Shown here: positions 32,101 to 47,602 of the stretch, piece by piece | How the letters are laid out: each line of letters begins with the position of its first letter | Position numbering within the stretch: the first letter of the stretch is position 1 | Translations under genes and position numbers: made by a program | Notes under the pieces: generated by a model | The model's database searches: none | Told to the model about the DNA's origin: nothing | The model's input: only the letters and a program-made list of their open reading frames with translations | Assembly (NCBI RefSeq): GCF_009914755.1 | Contig: NC_060935.1 | Length of the DNA: 64,000 nucleotides | Direction: 5' to 3' (one strand) | Origin: the human T2T-CHM13v2.0 reference genome, Homo sapiens

Positions 32101-34792
32101 ACCAAACTTTTAAAGAAGGACTAACACCAATTCTTTTCAAACTGTTCCAAAATATTAAACCAGAAGGAATCTTTTCTAATTCATTCTATGAGGCAAGCCT
32201 TGCCCTAATACCAAAATCAGTGAAAAATGCAACAAAAAGGAAAACTACAGACCAATATTTTTGATGAACATATATTCAAAAATTTTCAACAAAATCCGAG
32301 TAAATCGAATCCACCAATACATGAGAAAGATAATACAGCATACTCAAATGAGATTTATCCAGGAATGCAAGAATGATTCAATATATACAAATCAATAAAT
32401 GTGATATACCACATTAACAGAATAAAGGACAAAAACCATATAATAAACTTAATAGACACAGAAAAAATATTTGATAAAATTCAATAGCTTTTACTGATAA
32501 AAACTCAACAAACTGAATATAGAAGTCCATATATGACATAAAAACACTAAAGGCCATATATGACAAACCCATAGGTAACATCATACTAAATGGGGAGAAA
32601 TTGAAAGCTTTTTCTCTAAGATATGGAACAAAACAAGGGTTCTACTCTCAGCACACTTATTCAACATAGTACTTGAAGTCTTAGCTGAAGCAATTGGGCA
32701 ACAGGAAGAAATAATGGACATTCAAAATGAAAAGGAAGAAGTCCTTGTTTGCAGATGACATGGTCTTATATTTGGGAAAACCTAAAGGCTTCACAAACTC
32801 TTAGATCTGATAAACGAATTCAGTAAAATTTCAGAATACAAAACGAACATACAGAAATCACTAGCACCTCTGTACAATAATAGCAAACTATCTGAAGAAG
32901 AAATCTAGAAAGAAATCCTATTTGTAGTAGCCACAAAAATACCTAGAAATAAATTTAACCAAAGAAGTGAAAGATTTCTAAAACGAAAAGTATCAAACAC
33001 TGACAAAAGAAATAGAAAAGGATAAACAAAAAAGAAAGATATCCCATGTTCATAGACTGGAATAATTAATATTGTTAAAATGTCTATACTACCCAAAGTG
33101 ATCTACAGATTCAATGTAATCTCTATTAAAATTTCAATGAGATTCTTCACAGAAATAGAAAAAAATCCTAAATTTTGTAAGGGACCACAAAAAATCTTGA
33201 ATAGTGAAAGTAATCTTGAGCAAAAAGAACACAATTGGAGACATCACACTAACTTCAAAATATACCACAAAACTGCAGTGACCAAAACAGTATGGTACTA
33301 GCTTAAAAACAGACATATTAGACCAATAGAACAGAATAGAGAACCCAGAAATAAATCCATGCATTTATAGCCAAATCATTTTTGACACCAAGGCACCAAG
33401 AACATACTTTGGAGGAAGGGACAGTCTCTTCAATAGTTGTTGCTGGAAAAACTGGATACTCAAATGCAGAGGAATAAAACCAGGCTTTTATCTCTCATTA
33501 TTTTGAAAAATCAAATGAAAATGAATTAAAAATTTAAATTTGAGACCCAAAACTATAAAACTACTAGAAGAAAATATTGGGGAAATACTTCAGGACACTG
33601 GTCTGGGCAAAGTTTTTTGGGTAAGACCTCAAAAGCATAGGCAAGAAAAGCAAAAATAGACAAATGGGATTACATCAAGCTAAAAGGTTTCTGCACAGTG
33701 AAAGAAACGATCAACACAATAAAGAGACAGCTTACAGAATGAGAGGAAATATTTGCAAACTGCCCATCTGACAAGGGATTAATAACTAAAATTATCTAAG
33801 AATCTCAAAGACTCAATAGCAAAAATCCAAATAATCTGATTTAAAAATGGGCAAATGATTTGAATAGACATTTCTCAAAAAAGACACAAATGACTGACAG
33901 GTGTATGAAAAAAAAAGATCAACATCTCTAATCATCAGGTAAGTGCAAACTGAAACCACAATGCAGTATCATCTCAGCCCAGTTAAAATGACTTTTATCA
34001 AAACCAAAAAATAACATGCTGGTGAGGATGCAGAGAAAGGGATGCTCTAATACACCGTTGGTAAAATGGAAATTAGTACAGCCATTATGAAAAATAGTAT
34101 GGAGTTTCCTCAGAAAACAAAAAATAGAACCACCATATGATCCAGCAATCCTACTGATGGGTATATATTCAAAAGAAAGGAAATTAGTGTATCGAAGAGA
34201 TATCTGCATGCCCATGTTTTTTGCAGCACTATTCGCAATAACCATGATATGGAATCAACCTAAATGTCCATCAAAGGATGAGTGGATAAAGAAAATGTGG
34301 TATTTATACACAAAGAAATATTACTCAGCCATAAAAAGGATGAAATCTTGTCATTTGCAGCAACACGGATGAGCCTGGAGGACATTACATTAAGTGAAAT
34401 AAGGCAGGCACAGAAAGATTAATAACGTGTTCTCTATCATATATGGAAGTTACAAAAGTTGATCACATGAAGGTAGAGAGTAGAATGCTGGTTATTAAAG
34501 GGTAGGAAGGGTTGGAGGAAAGGAAGGTTGATGAGAGGCTGGTTAATGCATATAAAAATACAGTTAGAAAGAATAAGTTTTGTGTTTGATAGCACAGTAG
34601 CATGACTATAATTATCAATCACTTATTGTATATTTCAAAATAGCTGGAAGATTTGGAATATTCTTAAAAGAAATAAATTATAAATGTTTGGGGTGATGAA
34701 TATCCTAATAACCCTGATATGATCATTACACAGTCTGTGCATGTATCAAAATATCACACGTACCTCATAAATATGTACAATTATCAGTAAAA
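29110..34792 (+). mobile_element. Old near-full-length L1MA-type LINE (ORF1 from ~29589, ORF2 from ~30701), heavily decayed
   Basis: ORF1/ORF2 fragments in the track (30015, 32022, 33080, 34157); L1MA-type 3'UTR; repeated GC-rich 5' monomers. Confidence 0.88.
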
Positions 34793-37700
34793 ACCCAGGA
34801 ACATAAATCTGCCTTTTTACTGTACTTTTACATTCTTCATATTTTCTTCCTTGACTCAAGGATGGTGATGCCAAAACACTTGGAGACAAACTCAAAGAAA
34901 AAATGGTGTCAGTTATTTGGATTTTTCTAATTCTCAAAATATTTGATCTCATGTAGCCCAAACACCCAGATAATTAACCAAAGCTGCCTCTGCAAGCATG
35001 GCAACCAAACTGCTACTAAGCCATTTCAGCCAAACCAGTCAGCCCTGGCTCCAGGACAACTGTGATTTTTTGACCCTTGCCAATTCCATCACTGTGTGGT
35101 TGAAACACGAGGGCCCATCTGCCTGATTGAGTCCACTCCACCTTGGAAGAAGCCTCATTTCTCTCTTTTAGGTTATGTCCTGCTGTTCTGTCTATAGGCA
35201 GAATCTGAATTTTAATATTTTCATATGGAGTTTGGGTGAAATGATCAATGGGCAGCCCTTCTTGTCTGGGCTTTTTGCTGATCCCACCCTTTGGAATGCT
35301 GTGCAAGTCTGTCCTTCCTCCCCATGGAGGTATTCAAACATTCTATTTTCCAGACTCTGGCCTAAGATATAAAACCTTTCTCTCACATTCCACTTAAGGC
35401 CCCTTTTTCCATGCTATGAGAATTGTTTAATCCTCTTCTACGAAGTACCCTTTGCCGCCTTGCCTTTGTCTGCCATAGTAACACTGCCTGCTACCATGTT
35501 AAGAGTAATATAGATTTCTTTAACGTTGTGTCAAGAGAAATCTTAAGACGGTCCCTTTTCTCTTCTTTGTAATATCTATTCTTGACATTACGGTGAAGAT
35601 GTTTTTCTCTTAAAACAACTGAAAATTCTCTGCACTTTTGTTCTGCCTGGATTTGAGTACCCTGTCATTTCTTTGTGGTCCTCAGTTTTATTTTTGCTCT
35701 GTGTCACTGGAAATGATGGTGTCTCACTCAGCAGTGTTTGCTATGAAGATCTCATGAGCCACTGTATCCTTCTCCCAGCCAACCGCAGAAGAAACTCAAA
35801 TTCTTCTGACACTGTTGCATTTGGAGATCCTTGCAGCAGTCAAGCTCACTGGATTTTTGCAATGTTCCTTCTCCATGCTTTTACCAACAAAGCTTCATGT
35901 TCCCCTTGTTCTGCATTTTACTTCATCTGGATAGGGATCTTGTGGCTTTTGTGCCCTAGCTTAACATTCCTCTGTATCTGTTCAATTCTCCCAAATAACT
36001 TGCAACCAGCTTAGTCTTTCCTAAATAGCCCTTCTGGCTCCAGCAACCTGGGTTCAGCAGTTCCTTTTGGCCTAGCTGTTCTTGCTTCCCATGAGTTTAT
36101 AGGGTGGACCCATGGTGCCATAGAAGGGGCATTAGCTGGACTGGTAAATATCTGTGTGACATTGGACAAGTTATAGTACCTCTGTGGGGCTTTGTTTCTT
36201 CCTCCTAAACACATGGACTGGATTAAATTATCTTTAAGGGGCCTTCCCTGCTGGTGAGACATGCTGTGAAATGTTGGGGCTTTTCAAAAGCTCTGGAATG
36301 TACTGCTCATGGGAAAATTAGTTGAATCAGTCTATGGTAGTCCCTGATGATAACAATTGCAACAACCTTTATTTCTGGACAAGCGAACTAATTGTTTTCT
36401 TCAATGTTCTTGCTAGTGCTACCTTAAGATAGACTGAAAGAGTTAACCCATTTTATTTACTATCTTCTCCAACCATTTCATATTGATTGGTCCATCTCAA
36501 ACTAATGAATATGAACTTTTTAAAAAAACAAGCCATTCATTCTTTAACTCATTTGATCACCAAAACGCTATGATAGACACTATCTACATCCTTGACAAAT
36601 TTATACTGCAGCTCACTTAATTTTATTGACCATAGTCTGTTTAAAAAGAGGGTCAATTTTTGCCTGCATTTGCCATATTTGCTTTCAAAGCAGTCCTTTA
36701 CCTCCTTGGGTTACTTTAGGAAGCAAAAATTTTTAAAACACAGCCAAAGTTGCACAAGATTCATTCAATTTGGGGTAATTCTTTCAGTCAGGTTGGCTCT
36801 AGGTTCCTATGAAGTTGGTGTGATTCAGTTCACTAGAATCAATGCTAGGGTTTCACTTGGAGACATTGGCCTCACTAGAATTTCAATGAATACCCTTTGA
36901 GAATGTGTTACTTTTTATTATTGATATCACAAAAAAATTGGCTAACTAGGTGTGTGATTCTGACAGTAAGGAAAATAAGATATTTTCCTTTCAGGTAGAG
37001 TTTTCTTAGGCTTCTTTGTGAGCAGAGAAGGGAATTCAGTAGAAAACGTGAAAATGGCAATGTCATTATCATTACTATTTAAGATGCTGTGATTCAGTAG
37101 CAGAGGAATAAAATGCTTCAGACTTGCCTGCAGAGTGCCAGATAATCAATTACCCAATTATTCGGACAGATGTCTGACCTATGATTCTATATACATCACC
37201 TGATTGAAAAGACATACTTCTCTCTTTGCATAAAGGATAGCTACTTAGTATGGTAACTTACATGGTATTGTGGAATTCGAGAGCCAGAAGTGGCTTTTAT
37301 GAGCCAATAGCACATTTTTAGAGGAGGTAACTTTGAAGAAAATGTTCCAAACAAGAGAAGAAATGGAAAAGATAGTCTGAAAGATATCAGGTGAAAATTA
37401 CTCCTTGCCTAAGTAGAGAGTAATAATATAATCATAAGATAATTATAACCTACTTGGAGCATAAAGCAAAGCTGGGCCCCACATGGCTCTCCTTTCATTT
37501 CATCACTACTCTGTGCTTACCTTGTCTTCTTTTCAGGCTAGGATTTCTTCACTCCAACCACGCACACCCACAGCTAACTTTACTAACTCCTGCCTCTAAG
37601 CCTTCATCCCAATCTTTTCTCAACAGCTGGAACGTTCCCCTTGTTTCTAGCCATGACTCCATAAACCACCCTGTCCTAAAAAACTGTGCAGGATTCCCCT

Positions 37701-39057
37701 TCAAACAGTTGCTTTATTTTCATTTTTAGGCATTCTTCACGGATATTTGTCTCATCTTGCCCACTGGTCTTTAAATTATTGGAGAGACAGAATTATCCCT
37801 CTTCTTTATCTTTCCTTACCACATTTTGTCCTATCTCTTCTGCTTTTTGAGATGTGAGTTGGCAATATTTTTGATAGAAAAATAGTCTTCTGACCAGAGC
37901 AGTTTAGTTTCAGCAAGATATAATCCTAGGCTACTCAATGCCTTACAATGCCTGCATGTGGAGAGTAAAAGACATTTTGGGGTGACATTTGATCCCTCCC
38001 ATATACTTGAAATACAAAGGAGCCTAAATGTCAACCAAGTTTTAGGTTACTTACAGACAAGCTTTCCACTTCAGTGATTTCAGAAATTGAGTGGATTGTT
38101 CTTTGTCTCATAAACAATTCATTTTTAAGATGCTGATGGCCTCAGCTCTGGCTTGTGGCCAGCTTCAGGAAGTGTGGTTCACAAGCCATCAAGGCCTGTG
38201 CATACTCCGCATTCTTTGAGTAATGCAATTCTGGACCAAAATCGATTCCAGAAGTCTGATCTTCCGAGAGGAGGCAATGCTCTGAGCTGGTTGAACAGCC
38301 CCCTCCAGCTCGCCCTGCCCACTACTTCAATCGGCCTGGAAGGGTTAAGCAACCAATCAAAAAGCTAAGCAAGCAGTTTGGTGAGACCAAAGTTGCAGGG
38401 ATCTGAACAAGTAGATGAGCTTGGCAGCTTGTGTTTGAAGAATTTGTTTCATGTTTTGGATAAAGTCTGGGAATTTATCCTTCAAAATTCCTTAGATTTA
38501 GTAACATGTCAATGCACTGTGTTAATGCAAGGAGTTTTCTTTCTCTTTTTCTTTTCTCTTTTTTTTTTAAGGTTAAAAGCCGCCTTCCATTTTAAGTATG
38601 CGTAATCCATCCAAATCCTGCCTAAGAGAACAAAAGGGGTGCCGGTAATTTTCTCTTTCACAAAATGCAGAGACTTCCTCTCTGTCCTCTCCAAGTACCA
38701 TTCTATGAAGTGAAGGGAAATTACACTCCTCACCATTGAAAAAGAGATTATGCAAAATGAGAAGGTAAAGCCAATCGCCATAATACAAATACAAATACCC
38801 GCTTAATTCCTTCCATCTAGAGCCCTGTACATTTTCTTTCCAGATGTGGATATATATTTGGAAGTATATCCACATCTGCCTTTAAAAAAAAAATTCTATT
38901 ATCTTGTATTTTTAAGGGCTCATGCACAGTAGAATCTTCAGTAGGAACATCATGAGCTCCAGCTCTGGGCTCCACATCTTGCTAAACTCATCTCTTTTCC
39001 TTAAATATGAAACATCTCCACTGAATCACCTCACTGGGGGCTCCAAAATTCACGGTT

Positions 39058-39069
39058 TATTTTTTATTT

Positions 39070-39120
<51 letters not shown>

Positions 39121-39404
39121 TTTTGAGACAGAGTCTGGCTCTTGTCCTCCAGGCTGGAGTGCAATGGCAGCATCTCAGCTCCACTGCAACCTCTGCCTCC
39201 TGAGTTCGAGCGATTCTCCTGCCTCAGCCTCCTGAGTAGCTGAGATTACACCTGCTACTACGCCCAGCTAATTTTTGTATTTTTAGTAGAGACAGGGTTT
39301 CACCGTGTTGGCCAGGCTGGTCTTGAACTCAAGACTTCAGGTAATTCACCCACCTTGACCTCCCAAAGTGCTGGGATTATAGGTGTGAGCCACCGCGCCC
39401 GGCC
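39058..39404 (-). mobile_element. AluS with (TTTA)n microsatellite tail
   Basis: Alu body 39125-39404; TSD ggtttatttttt on both sides. Confidence 0.9.
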
Positions 39405-40134
39405 AAGGTTTATTTTTTTTAGGTAGTCTTGCCCTTTCATAATTTGGGAATTGGTTATTCAGTTCTTCTTTCTTCCCTTACATGCACACATAATGAGTTG
39501 GGATGACTTACTCTTCAGTGTGACAAAGTAGCAGAAGCCTCTTCTGTTTCCAGCCCAGACACTGGGATCGGACAGGAGCCTTTCCGTGCTCTGTGGAGCA
39601 TCTTGGATTCATGTTAGGACTACAACAAGACAGGACACCTGCAGTAAATGTTGGGTAGAACCCTCTTAGAGCTGGGGCTAATGGAAGGATGCCTGGAAAT
39701 CCAAGAGTGGGGAATTCAAATGCGTTTTTTGTTGTGGAAGCTGAATTTATCTTTACTGCTTTTCTATGGTCAATATTAGGTCAATTTGCACTTCTTCAGA
39801 GTTGGTGCCAATGTGCTAAAGGGAATGATGGGTAATAGGCAAGAGCTAGCCTAGGGGTAATTATTGATCTCAGATTATTTAAAATATTGATTCCTTCATT
39901 TATGAGTTAATTAATTGACAGTATTGGTCGAGGTGCTGCTCTGCAACAGGCACTGTGCAAGAAGTTGAGAATAATTGTAAATTTGAATTATCCTCAAGTT
40001 TCTTATAGTGTAGATATGTTCTACACTCTATGAAATATTCTGCACAGAATGAAATATTCTGTGGCCTTTGCTGTAATGAAATATTATTTTGTTTGAGAGA
40101 ACGTATGAATAAAATAGTGCAAGTTTCTAAGTCT

Positions 40135-40530
40135 GAATGTGTTAAAATGCAGGTTCAGCTGTGATTAACCCACTAAAAACCTTTGAAAACCATGGCTTAA
40201 CCAAGACACATTTATTTTTCTTTCACAAAAATAAGTCTGTAGGTAGGTAGTTGAAGGCTGACATTATAGCTTTAGAAGTCAACAGAAATCTGGGCTTCTC
40301 CTACATCCTTCCATGGCTCCTAGCTTCTACCTCATGATCCAAGATATCTTTACTTTGCTCCAGCTATCACATGCTCATTTGGCCAGCAGGAAGGAGGAAG
40401 GGGGAGAAGAAAAGACAACGCCTCCTGCAAAGAACAGTGGTCAGTTGTATGCTAACACCTTACTGGCCAGAAATTTGTCACATGGTCACACTCAACTGCA
40501 AGGGAAGCTGGGAAATGCAGTCCCTATTGG
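40135..40530. mobile_element. MaLR LTR (MLT1J-like)
   Basis: catggcttaa...atttatttttctttcac and ggccagaa...gtcacatggtcacact...ctgcaagggaagctgggaaatg. Confidence 0.7.
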
Positions 40531-40559
40531 GACTTATATTCCTAAGGAAGAAGAGAATA

Positions 40560-42640
<2,081 letters not shown>

Positions 42641-44172
42641 ATATTTTTATTTAATACTTTTATCATCAACACTATATTAAAGTCAATAATTTTTGCAATT
42701 ACTTTTCTGGTGGATGGGGCTATGTTTTTTTTTAATCCCTCTCATGGAGTTTGTTAATTAATAAATGAAGTAATGAATTAATGCAATTTTAATTTAGAAA
42801 GTTTCTATGCATGATAAGGAGACCAAATAGCCACTTACCTGATTCTATTTGCTGATGCCTAAAAAATGTCATGAATAAAAATAAAAAATGGTCACTAACT
42901 TTGGAGATAAGACTTATGAAGTATGAAAATACAGCCAATATGAGGGGAAAGATTGCTAAGTGAAATCTTAGCAAAAGTGGAAGTGAAAAACGCTCTAGTG
43001 TTTAGGAAACTTGAATTTGAATTGTAGCTCTGCCATTTCTTAACTGTGTATTTGGGCAAATTCCTTCACCTCTCTGAGCTAGATTTTTCCCATCTCTACA
43101 GTTAGAGTAACTTTTGAGTGATTCAGAGAAGGCACAAAGAAGGTGGATTCTAGGTACTAATAATGTTTAATTTCTTGATTTGAACAATGGTCGTATGAGT
43201 ATGTCCATTCTGTGAAAAGTTATCAATTATACTTTTATGTGTATATATTTCTGCATGTGTTTTTTTATTTTGAAAAGTAAATTTATGAAAGAACACAAAG
43301 TAAAGAAAGTGTTTTTAACTTAACTTATTGTTTTTCCAGATTGGGTAATCAGTGGTTATAATTATTGATCCTTAACAGAAATAAAAGTATAGATGTCATA
43401 TCAAAAGACAAATATCATGAAGACTAGTCCATGAACTCTTTCGAGCAGCTACTTAATAAATTAAAAAGAAACTATAATAGAGGGACTGCTTGTCAAACAT
43501 GTTTATCACTACTTCTGAAGCTCCACTCAAAGAACAGCAAAAAAAAAAAAAAAAAAGTGCAAATCTTTTTTGACAAAGAAAATGGGAGAGTAAGTACATG
43601 GTAGAAAATAAAAGTCAGTAATATTTGAAAGTTCATTTTTATTACTTTTGATTTTGAAATAGCTTAATATCATGATCAGTTGCAAAAATAAGTACAGAAA
43701 GTTCCTGTGTTTCCTTTAACCAGCTTGCCCTAATGACAAAATTGTACATAGCCATAGTACCTTTTGAAAACCAGGAAACTGACATTGGTACAACACTATT
43801 ACTTAAGTACAAATCTTATTTGGATCTCACCAGTTTTTATATGCACTTCTTTTTATGGTGTATAGTTCTATGAAATTGTATCATATGTTAGATTTGGTGA
43901 AGAGTCATCAGAATTAGGATACAGAAATATTCTATCACCAAAAAAAAAAATTTCATGTTATACCTTACTAGTCCCTCCCTTCTGTCAGCCCCTGACAATT
44001 ATTGATCTGTTCTTTCTCACTACAATTTTGTCATTTTGAGCATGTTATATAAATGGGATTGTATAATAGATAACTCTTTGATATTAACTTTAAAAAAATT
44101 CAAGTTGCTACATGTATGAGCAGTTTGTTCCTTTTTGCTGAATAGTATTCCTTGACCTGGATGTACCAGAAT

Positions 44173-44479
44173 TCTTTTTTTTTTTTTTCTTTTTTTGAGA
44201 TGGAGTCTTGCTCTGTCAGTCACCCAGGCTGTAGTGCAGTGGTGCGATCTCGGCTCACTGCAACCTCCACCTCCCAGGTTCAAGCAATTCTCTGCCTCAG
44301 CCTCCTGAAGAGCTGGGATTACAGGCACCCACCACCACACCTGGCCATTTTTTGTATTATTAAGAGAGATGGGGTTTCACCATCTTGGCCAGGCTGGTCT
44401 TGAACTCCTGACCTCGTGATCCACCTGCCTCGGCCTCCCAAAGTGCTGGGATTGCAGGTGTGAGCCACCGTGCCTGGCT
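44173..44479 (-). mobile_element. AluSg-like
   Basis: gaactcctgacctcgtgatcc; TSD gatgtacc(a/g)ga. Confidence 0.88.
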
Positions 44480-45008
44480 AGATGTACCGGATCCATTCAC
44501 TTGTTGAAGTGAATTTGTGTTGTTTCCAGTTGTTGCCTATTATAGTAAAGCTGCTATAAACATCTGTGTACAGGTTTTTGTGTTGACACAACTTTACATT
44601 TTTCTAGGCAATATATGCAGAAGTATAACTGCTGGATCATATGATCAGTATATGTTTAATTAATAAGAAACTGCCAAACTTTTTTGGTGACTATATCAGC
44701 AATGTGGGAGAAATGCAGTCACTCCACCAGCATGTGGTTATTACAAATATTTTTATCATCAGTATTAATTTCAATATTTTAACTTTAGCCATTCTAATAG
44801 ATGTGTAATGATATCGTATTTGGAGCTTTAATCTGCATTTTCCTAATGGCTAATAATGAACATCTTTTCATGTTTATGTTTGTCATCCACATATCCATGT
44901 ATCCTATTTGGTAGTGTCTGTTCAAGTTTGCCACTCATTTTTGAGTTAGATTGTTTGCTTTTTTACTGTTGAGTTTAGAGGGTTCTTTATGTATTCTGAA
45001 TACTTTTG

Positions 45009-45047
<39 letters not shown>

Positions 45048-47389
45048 ATATACATTGCAAATATTGCAAATACTTTCTTAGGATCTTTCATAGAACACAT
45101 ATTTGTAATTTTGATAAAGCTCAATGTATTAACTTTTTTCTTTATGGATCATTCTTTGGTGTCATGTTGAAGAACCCCCTGCCTAACCTTTAGCCATGAA
45201 GATTTTCTCCAATGTTTTCTTCTAAAAGTTTCAATAATTTTATGCTTTACATTTATGTACATAATTCATTTTGGGTTAATTTTTGTACAAGATGTAAAGT
45301 TTAGATTGAGGTTCATTGTTTTGCCTATCATTGTTCCAACAGCATTTGTTGAATAAACAATCCTTTCTCCATTGAAATCCTTTTGCATCTTGCCAAAAAG
45401 TAGTTGGCAATATTTGTGCAGCTCTGCCGTGGGACCTTATATTGTGCTCCATTGTGCTCTGAATCATATGATCAGCATATGTTTAACTTTATAAGAAACT
45501 GCCAAACTTCTCTGGTGACTATATCAGCAATGTGTGAGAAATGCCTCTATATTGTGCCTTTACCAATACAACACTCTTGATTATTGCATCTGTATAAGTC
45601 AAAATCAGGTCATGTTATTCCTCTACCTTCACTCTTCTATTTAAAATTGTTTTGGCTATTGTAGTTTCTTTGCCTTTTTATGTAAATGTTTGTTAGCATC
45701 AGCCTGTCAATACCTGCAAGTAATCTTTCTATGATTTTGATAGAAATTGCTTTAACCCTATAGATCAATTGAAGGAAAATAGATATCTTTACTATGTTGA
45801 GTCTTCCAATCTGTCTCTTCACTAATTTAGTTCTTCTTTGACTTCCGTCTCATTGTTAAGGGAGCCCTAAACAAAAGGTTCTGTTTTTTTTTTTATGGAC
45901 CCTTAGTTTGGGGAGAGAGTGAGGGTGGGAAACTACTAGTAGAAAAGTACTGAGTATTGAGCCAGAATGGGGAAAAGGGTCTTCAAGATTTCTTCCTCCT
46001 TCTCCCATAAAGAGACTCCCAACATCATAGTATCAAATATTAAACTAGTCTTTTATTCCTGCAATAAACCCAATTTGGTCATGGTGTTCTATTATTTTTA
46101 CGTATTTCTGCATTTGAGTTGCTAATATTTTGATGGGGATTTTTTTGCATCTTTGTTCAAGAAGGATATGGGCCTGCAGTTTTTGTTACTTCTTTTATAA
46201 AAAAATAATAAATTCAATTTCTCTAATACTATAGAATTACATGCCTTATCTATTTTATCTTGAGTGAGTTTTGGTAGTGTGCCATTTTGAATGAATCAGT
46301 CAATTTCATTTCAATTGTCAAATTTACATATGCAGAGTAATTTGTAGTACTTTGATATTTTTTTTTTTTAATGTCTGTTGGGTCTGTAGTGATATCCCCT
46401 TTTAGTTCCAGTATTGTTAACGTATCTTCTCTTTTTAACTTTGTTGGATTTGCTGAAAGTTTTTTGAATTTACTATTTTTTTTAAAGTATCTGCTTTATA
46501 TTTGATGAATTTTCTGTCTTGTTATAGTTTCTTTACTGTTTTGTTTTAAATTTTATTGACTTCTGGACTTATTTTTATTATATCATTCCTTTTGCCTATT
46601 TTGAGTTTTTCTAGTTTCTTTAGGTGAAATTTTAGATTATTAACCTGCTTTTTCTTTTACAATATAAGCAGTTAGTGCTATAGATTTCCTTTTCAGAACT
46701 GTTTTAGCTGCATCCCCCATATTTTAATGTGTTATATTTTTATTTCATTTCAGTTATATGTATTTTTAAATTTTAAATTTGCTTTGAGATTTTTCTGTTT
46801 GAGCCATGGATCATTTAGAAATACCTTGTTCCCTTTCCAAGTGTTTGGATTTTTCTGCTACCTTTCTTTTATTAATTTCTACTTTGATTCCATGATAGTA
46901 AGATAATATAATTTGCATGATTGTAATTCTTTTAAATTTGTTAATGTTTGTTTTATGAACGTCCCATGAACATTTGAAAAGAATGTGTATTCTGTTGTCT
47001 TTGGGTGCAATTTATAAATAGTCAGTTTGATCCCATTAGTTGAAGGTATTGTTCAGTTGTTCTAGATTCATGCTAAAATTTTGTCTCATGGTTCTATCAA
47101 TTACTGAGAGAGGGGTTCTGAAGTCTTCAACTATATTTGTGGATTTTTCTCTCTCTCCATTTTTCTCTGGTAGTTTTTGTTTCATACATTTTGCAGCTTT
47201 GTTTTATGGTGCATACACATTTAACATTGTTATGTCTTCTTAGTGAATTCACCCTTTTATCATATGATGTCCTTATTTGACTCTGCTAATTTTTTTTTGT
47301 TCTTTCATCTATTAACATAGCCACTTCAGCTCTCTTTTTATTAGTATCTGCATGGTATTTTTTCCCACCCTTTTACTTTATTTTTAAAT

Positions 47390-47602
47390 TCTTATTTATT
47401 TTTTGTTTTTGAGACAGGGTCTCACTCTGTTGTCCAAGCTGGAGTGCAGTGGCATGATCATGGCTCACTGTATCACAACCTTCTGGGTTGAAGCAATCCT
47501 CCCACCTCAACCTCCTGTGTAGCTGAGACTATAATCATGTGCCACGATGCCTGGTTAATTTTAAATTTTTTTAGACATGAGATCTTGCTATGTTGCCCAG
47601 GC
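47390..47602 (-). mobile_element. 5'-truncated AluJ
   Basis: gatcatggctcactg, aagcaatcctcccacctc; TSD ttactttatttt. Confidence 0.8.

Noticed and set aside
38509-38875. Minus-strand 90-aa and 100-aa ORFs as a host gene or retrocopy
   Set aside because: No recognisable protein, no polyA signal or TSD found, and lengths within chance
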